From NCBI GenBank assembly GCA_963755595.1, contig CAVWKP010000024.1:87525-151524 (forward strand): a DNA stretch of 64,000 nt. Reading direction: 5' to 3'. The translations under genes and the position numbers were made by a program. Source of the stretch: an uncultured Alphaproteobacteria bacterium (GTDB taxonomy: Bacteria; Pseudomonadota; Alphaproteobacteria; Reyranellales; Reyranellaceae). Below, one piece after another: positions 62,092-64,000 of this stretch. The notes under the pieces were generated by a model that worked only from the letters and a program-made list of their open reading frames with translations, did no database searches and was not told where the DNA came from. How positions within the stretch are numbered: the stretch's first letter is position 1; each line of letters opens with the position of its first letter.

Positions 62092-62655
62092 CGCTCTGCG
62101 CCTGGCGCGCCTGGAACAGGAGTTCAGGCACGGCGACGACGCTGCCGAGCGAGGTCAGCTTCACGACTTCGAGCGTGTTGGACAGGAGATCGGGCAGCAC
62201 GTTGCGGATCGCCTGCGGCAGCACGATGTAGATCATCGCCTGCGCGCCCGACAGCCCGGTCGAGCGCGCCGCCTCGACCTGGCCGTGCGGCACCGAGTTC
62301 GATGCCGGCGCGCAGGATCTCGCCGTAGTAGGCGCTGTTGTTCAGCATGAAGGCCATCGCCACGCAGGCGAAGCCGCCCAGCTCCAGCCCGACGAACGGC
62401 AGGCCGGCGAACAGCAGGATCAGCAGCACCAGCGGCGGGAAGGCGCGGAAGAAATCGACCCAGGCCATCAGCGGCCAGCGCACGAGCGGGGTTCTTCGAC
62501 TGCGCCAAGACGCGCCAGCGAGGAGGCCCGGCGACGAAGCCCAGCGGCACCACCATCAGCGACAGCAGGATCGTGTTCAGCAGCCCCGCCAGCACGATCG
62601 GCAACGCCGCCGCCGCGATGTCGGCGTTGAAGAAGTTGTCGATCATCTCTTCCAT
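61975..62655 (-). CDS. Polar amino acid ABC permease (frameshifted)
   Basis: [28 protein letters not shown] and VLPQAIR. Confidence 0.8.
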
Positions 62656-63330
62656 GCGAACTTCGTCTCGACCCAGCGCGCCGCCACGACGACCGGCATG
62701 AACAGGATGAGGTAGGCCGCCGCGCCCATCATCAGCGGCGAGGGATTGTAGGAGTTCGAGACGGCCGACGAGGCCATGCCGAGGATCTCGTGCAGCGCCA
62801 CCACGGTGCCGAGCGCGGTGCCCTTGGTGATGGCGATCGTGCGGTTGGTGAGCGGCGCCATCGTGAGGCGCAGCGCCTGCGGCAGCACCACGCTCAGCAG
62901 GGTCTGGCCGAAGCCGAGGCCGGTCGAGCGCGCGGCCTCCCACTGGCCCTTGTGCACCGAGGTGATGCCCGCCCAGAAGATCTCCTCGGAGAAGGCCATC
63001 AGCACCAGCGCGAGCGACAGCCAGGTCGACACGAAGCCCGAGGGCGACCAGCCGGCCGACGGCAGGCCGAAATAGAGCAGCACGATGATCGACCAGCGGC
63101 GGCAGCGAGCGGAACAGATCGACCGACGAAGATGATCAGCCAGTTGAGCGGCCGGACGCCGAGCGCGCGGATCAGCGCCAGCACCAGGCCGGCGCAGCGA
63201 TGCCGGCGATGCACGATCAGCGACGGCCAGCTCGATGGTGACCAGCGTGCCCGCCACGATGTCCGGCAGGTATTTCGCCATCACCTTCGGCGTTGAAGAA
63301 CGTGTCGAGGAACTTGTCCCAGCCGGTCAT
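62643..63330 (-). CDS. Polar amino acid ABC permease (frameshifted)
   Basis: [18 protein letters not shown] and KGTALG. Confidence 0.8.
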
Positions 63331-63338
63331 GAGGCTGT

Positions 63339-63438
63339 GTCGTCCTTGAGACGCTAGCTGCGTGCACCTCGCGTGAGGCCGATGGCATTCGTCATCGACC
63401 TCATCTGCGAGTGTCGCGTCGCTGCGCTCAGGATGCCC
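63339..63438. repeat. Degenerate REP/RIME-like palindromic element
   Basis: GTCGTCCTTGAGACGC...GCTGCGCTCAGGATGCC imperfect terminal inverted repeats in an intra-operon gap. Confidence 0.35.
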
Positions 63439-63452
63439 GCAAGCGCGCATTG

Positions 63453-64000
63453 TCAGTGCTGCTGGATCTGCCCGATGAACGCCTGCGTGCGCTCGTGGGC
63501 GGGGGTGTCGAAGATCGCGGCGGGCGGGCCCTGCTCGACGATCAGCGCCATCGTCCATGAAGATCACGCGGTCGGCGGCGTTCTTGGCGAAGCCCATCTC
63601 GTGGCTGACCACGATCATGGTCATGCCGCTTTCGCGCAGGTCGCGCATGACCGCGAGCACCGAGCCGACCAGTTCGGGGTCGAGCGCGCTGGTCGGCTCG
63701 TCGAACAGCATCACCCGGGGCTCGAGCGCGATCGAGCGCGCGATGGCGACCCGCTGCTGCTGGCCGCCCGACAGCTCGGCCGGCCGGTGATGGGCGCGGT
63801 CGGCGAGGCCGACGCGCTCGAGCGCGGCGCCGGCCAGCTTCTCGGCCTCGGCGCGGCCCTTCCCCGCCACCTTGCGCAGCGCCAGCATGACGTTGCCCAG
63901 CGCCGTCATGTGCGGATAGAGGTTGAAGGACTGGAACACCATGCCGATGTGCTGGCGCGCATGGTTGATGTCGGTGCGCGGGACTCAGCATGTCGATGCC
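63453..64000 (-). CDS. Polar amino acid ABC ATP-binding protein (GlnQ-like), truncated at window edge
   Basis: [24 protein letters not shown] and [11 protein letters not shown]. Confidence 0.85.

Overview
GC-rich alphaproteobacterial chromosomal window (gene content suggests Reyranella/Rhodospirillales-like; inference only). Many conserved genes carry single-base frameshifts, most likely long-read assembly indels, so several CDS boundaries were reconstructed by joining frames. Most of the window is ordinary metabolism and transport: valine/acyl-CoA catabolism, hemB, CorA, several ABC systems, MepA, desaturases and a cold-shock protein. Two things stand out. (1) A ~6.0 kb integrase-less island (29875-35908) is bounded and subdivided by seven copies of a 34-bp palindrome, CAACACCGCCAC-N10-GTGGCGGTGTTG. 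It carries a Toprim primase + AAA helicase pair behind a promoter with an alphaproteobacterial LexA box, plus cell-envelope cargo (small lipoprotein, L,D-transpeptidase, and an AT-richer lspA flanked by identical repeats). (2) A selenoprotein missed by the ORF track (446-964; in-frame TGA in a D-U-G-S-C motif followed by a SECIS-like hairpin) lies in an operon with a thioredoxin-reductase-like gene and two paralogous uncharacterised proteins.
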